From assembly GCA_002320455.1 (NCBI GenBank), contig DCKU01000186.1, positions 27,014-91,013 on the forward strand: 64,000 nucleotides of DNA, in the 5' to 3' direction. Shown in pieces: positions 62,301-64,000 of the stretch (the stretch's first letter is position 1; each line of letters opens with the position of its first letter). Made by a program: the position numbers and the translations under genes. The notes beneath the pieces were generated by a model that saw only the letters and a list, made by a program, of their open reading frames with translations, did no database searches and was not told the origin of the DNA. The DNA is from Salinisphaera sp. UBA1666 (lineage in GTDB: Bacteria > Pseudomonadota > Gammaproteobacteria > Nevskiales > Salinisphaeraceae).

Positions 62301-62764
62301 AGACGCAGCGATATCCATTCGTGGCGATAGCGATTGCGTTCCATGGTCCGAACACGCAATCGGCCTTGAAACGCTTCGCAGGCTTTGCCGAAGTCGTGGA
62401 AGAGCGCGGCCAGACTGGCCGCGAGATGAATTTCCGTCAGCGTGTGCCAGTCGTTCTCATCGGCCTTGCGCAGTATGTCGCTACGGGTGGTATGCGTCGG
62501 TACGGCGCCTTGCGTGTTGAAGCGCGCCGCGTTGCCGACCACCCACAGCAGTTCGCTGTGATTGAGCCCGCGTATCCAGTGACAGGCGACCGCCGTGTTC
62601 TTGCGGGCGGTCTTACGCAGCATTTTGCGCAAAGTATCGAGCCCGGCTTTTGTGATCGGGGTCTGCCAGGTGCGATCCCCACGCCGTTCGGCGAACTGGT
62701 CGAGTATCCGGCGTGTCTCCTTGAGCGCGTTATTTTGGCATTGGGAGACGAGCAGGATGTTCAT
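59387..62764 (-). CDS. cas3: Type I-F Cas2-Cas3 fusion helicase/nuclease
   Basis: MNILLVSQC..NALKETRRILDQFAERRG Cas2 domain, LFHDFGK HD, ADHHYS, MASTGCGKT, LILDEPDD, SSATL, EVGRDHDYD, QLAGRV.RHR. Confidence 0.98.
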   Translation of the reverse strand: MNILLVSQCQNNALKETRRILDQFAERRGDRTWQTPITKAGLDTLRKMLRKTARKNTAVACHWIRGLNHSELLWVVGNAARFNTQGAVPTHTTRSDILRKADENDWHTLTEIHLAASLAALFHDFGKACEAFQGRLRVRTMERNRYRHEWISLRLFQAFVGSDDDQGWLNRLFEPDLIDEQGWLDGLIRDGMDDAAPLPMTGLPAFAKIVAWLILSHHRLPVVPSIGDDGEQKPIGRAATHINAASLPTLPGGIEAAWNEIDAPRDRTIIAPYWHFPEGLPSRSNAWKKRARRLARQALDRHTALGHVAPDNVFALHIARLSLMLADHHYSSQSNHAQTRPTAGDPDYPLFANTDKSGRLAQRLDDHLLGVTREVGEITHRLPDMVAALPRIARHKGFRKRSANPRFRWQDRAFDLSASLRERSDRQGFFGVNMASTGCGKTLANGRICYALADPDRGTRFTIALGLRTLTLQTGNTYRRDLNLSSDHLAVRVGGQATRALFAQRQAELDARGAASAEPLLDSDSYVHYDGQLDQHPLLSKVIESSHARSLLSAPILVCTIDHLMPATESLRGGQQIAPMLRLMSADLILDEPDDFGMADMPALTRLVYWAGLLGSRVVLSSATLPPAMVEGLFRAYRSGRAEFQKNRGEPGQAIDICCAWFDEHDRQQVDCADTARFRAAHDDFARQRANELAGDTVRRRGEITPIAFTPTKRRQLPQQFAEQLVTEARRLHDRHHETDSATGHRVSFGLIRMANIGPLFDVARAIYASDAPPDCRIHLCVYHSQFPLLSRAAIERTLDDALDRHVPEAVYQLPNIRRRLDTATEADQLFIVLGSPVTEVGRDHDYDWAVVEPSSMRSIIQLAGRVRRHRVGAVGEPNIVLLDRNWRAVAGGANERVFVRPGFEDGDHYLTSRRLTDLLRDDEYHVIDSRPRLTAREPLEPSHRLTDLEHARMAAALLAPNVSANSSPTANRSRGRRAALLKPEPPELAAHSAYSRPELWLTGVLPQQQRFRKQHSATIDLVLLPDEDDTDYRLVHTEQQKKGPPIETEVEQRFNERVPDAELRAERISPWANVDYMTELQRLADDRDMALDACARTFGTLQLRGDDETGQGWLSHPWLGFKKR

Positions 62765-63762
62765 GAGGGCGCGGCTTGTCGGGCTTGTTCGGCCTGTTGT
62801 GACAGATCGTTGGCCACGTGCTGCACCGTCTCGATCATCCCGTCGAGCGCTTCAACCTGCGCCAGCCGTTCGATGCAGGCCTGACGGAATTCCTGTTCTT
62901 CGTCGCCGCGCACGGCAGAAATAAAGGCCTGCGGCAGGATGACACCGTCCTTGACGAGATCGGCCACGTCGAACACCAGCCCGCCGCGTCGTGTCTTGCC
63001 GTGCAGGACGGCCAGGCCGTGGGGTAGCCCCAGCACCCAGCAACAAGTCGCCGCTAGTCCGTAAGCCAGATAGTTGCCGTGGTCCAGGAACCGATTGGCC
63101 GGGTCGGTGCCGCTGCCGCGTTTAGCGCGTGTAAAGTCGCCGTAGTCCGTTGCCTCTACGGCCAGTTTGAACAGGTTCTTCGTTAGCCGGGCCTCGAGCG
63201 TGAGCAGATCGGTCGTAGTTTCAGTCGCGTCGATGGCGGCATCATGCCGGGCCACAGCCTCTTGTAGGGCTTTGGTATCGCAGGCAAAACCCGCGTCTTT
63301 CAAACCACGTTCGTCGATCCAAAGCGTGGAAATCCGCTGAAGGCGTGCTTTCTGAAACTGTTTGGCCGCAGCCAGCCGCAATGCGTCGTCGAACCAGAAG
63401 GCTACCCACCGCTGCAGATATTCGGTCGGCCGGTACTCGCTCTGTGGCGAGAGCCACGCTACATCGACGTCCACGTCGGTCGCAGAGAACAAGGGCGTGC
63501 CGCCGCCACCACAAAACCCCACTAGCACGCCGGCCTTGGCCAGTTCGCGCATCGCTGCTTGGGTAATCGATGTGCCCGTGCCTAGCAGCATCGAAGTGGT
63601 GTTGGCGATCGGGATATTCCAGTATTTCGACTCGCGCCCCTCGTCGGTGACGTAGGACACACGCCCGCCCTTCACGAGCAACCGGCAATACTGCAAGTAG
63701 TAAAGATTCGCCCGTTTGGAATGCAGAATCGTTTTTAGATCGCTCGGTGCGAGATCTTCCAC
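62761..63762 (-). CDS. cas1: Type I-F Cas1 integrase
   Basis: LKTILHSKRAN.YYL, WNIPIANTT, SEYRPTEYLQ, NRFLDHGNYLAYG, HGKTRRGGLVFDVADLVKD; GTG start. Confidence 0.98.
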   Translation of the reverse strand: MEDLAPSDLKTILHSKRANLYYLQYCRLLVKGGRVSYVTDEGRESKYWNIPIANTTSMLLGTGTSITQAAMRELAKAGVLVGFCGGGGTPLFSATDVDVDVAWLSPQSEYRPTEYLQRWVAFWFDDALRLAAAKQFQKARLQRISTLWIDERGLKDAGFACDTKALQEAVARHDAAIDATETTTDLLTLEARLTKNLFKLAVEATDYGDFTRAKRGSGTDPANRFLDHGNYLAYGLAATCCWVLGLPHGLAVLHGKTRRGGLVFDVADLVKDGVILPQAFISAVRGDEEQEFRQACIERLAQVEALDGMIETVQHVANDLSQQAEQARQAAPS

Positions 63763-63897
63763 GCGCGCTCTCTGGTTTCCCCCGTTCAGCGAACTTAAAA
63801 GAAAACGAGCGCGGTGTTCAAACGGCGCGAAGCGGGGTCCGTGGCTTTGAATACACCGTTAGCTTCAAGCGTAGACATGGGGACGCGCGGCGCATAA

Positions 63898-63913
63898 GAT
63901 TTACATGTAAATC
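63898..63913. promoter_or_regulatory. Perfect 16-bp palindrome, candidate operator
   Basis: GATTTACATGTAAATC, 14 bp upstream of the RHH ORF and in the divergent cas1 upstream region. Confidence 0.65.
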
Positions 63914-63927
63914 AAAATGCCGTCCAC

Positions 63928-64000
63928 ATGTCCAAGATGATCAATTTCCGAGCCGACGACGCGCTTGACGAGCGCTTGGCCCGGCTTGCCAAGCTTACCG
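63928..64000 (+). CDS. Partial ribbon-helix-helix protein (CopG/RelB-like antitoxin or repressor), runs off the window
   Basis: MSKMINFRADDALDERLARLAKLT... has the alternating beta-strand plus amphipathic helix pattern of RHH proteins; only 24 codons visible. Confidence 0.6.
   Translation, partial: MSKMINFRADDALDERLARLAKLT

Noticed and set aside
55091-63762. CRISPR-associated transposon (type I-F3)
   Set aside because: cas1 and cas2-3 are present, cas8f and cas5f are separate genes, and no tnsABC or tniQ is in the window; this is a canonical I-F1 system.

Overview
GC-rich chromosomal window from a gammaproteobacterium. The strongly acidic secreted proteins suggest a halophile, possibly Salinisphaera-like (inference only). 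Left to right: aspS; a large acidic CSLREA/beta-helix surface protein split by a 1-nt frameshift; glyA-nrdR-ribD-ribE-ribH-nusB-thiL-cysS; folD; tRNA-Pro(TGG); an allantoin/purine-degradation operon with a GntR regulator; tonB-exbB-exbD; several hydrolases and oxidoreductases; a TonB-dependent receptor with a desABCD-type hydroxamate siderophore cluster; an ABC-2 pair; a complete myo-inositol (iol) catabolic locus with six candidate IolR operators; and a complete type I-F CRISPR-Cas system (36 perfect plus 2 degenerate repeats). The most interesting signal is in the 366-bp cas3-csy1 gap. It holds an antisense two-repeat mini-array whose 20-nt spacer matches a CC-PAM-flanked site about 80 bp away, abutting the -35 box of a promoter. 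That promoter would drive a structured RNA with a perfect SD, a 13-codon mini-ORF with tandem rare codons and a strong hairpin, a CreTA/CreR-like Cascade-controlled toxin or autoregulatory module. The second highlight is an internal TM-RRR-TM-lipobox cassette inside the C-terminal domain of the surface protein, suggesting an unusual anchoring mechanism. All calls come from reading the sequence by eye; no searches were run.
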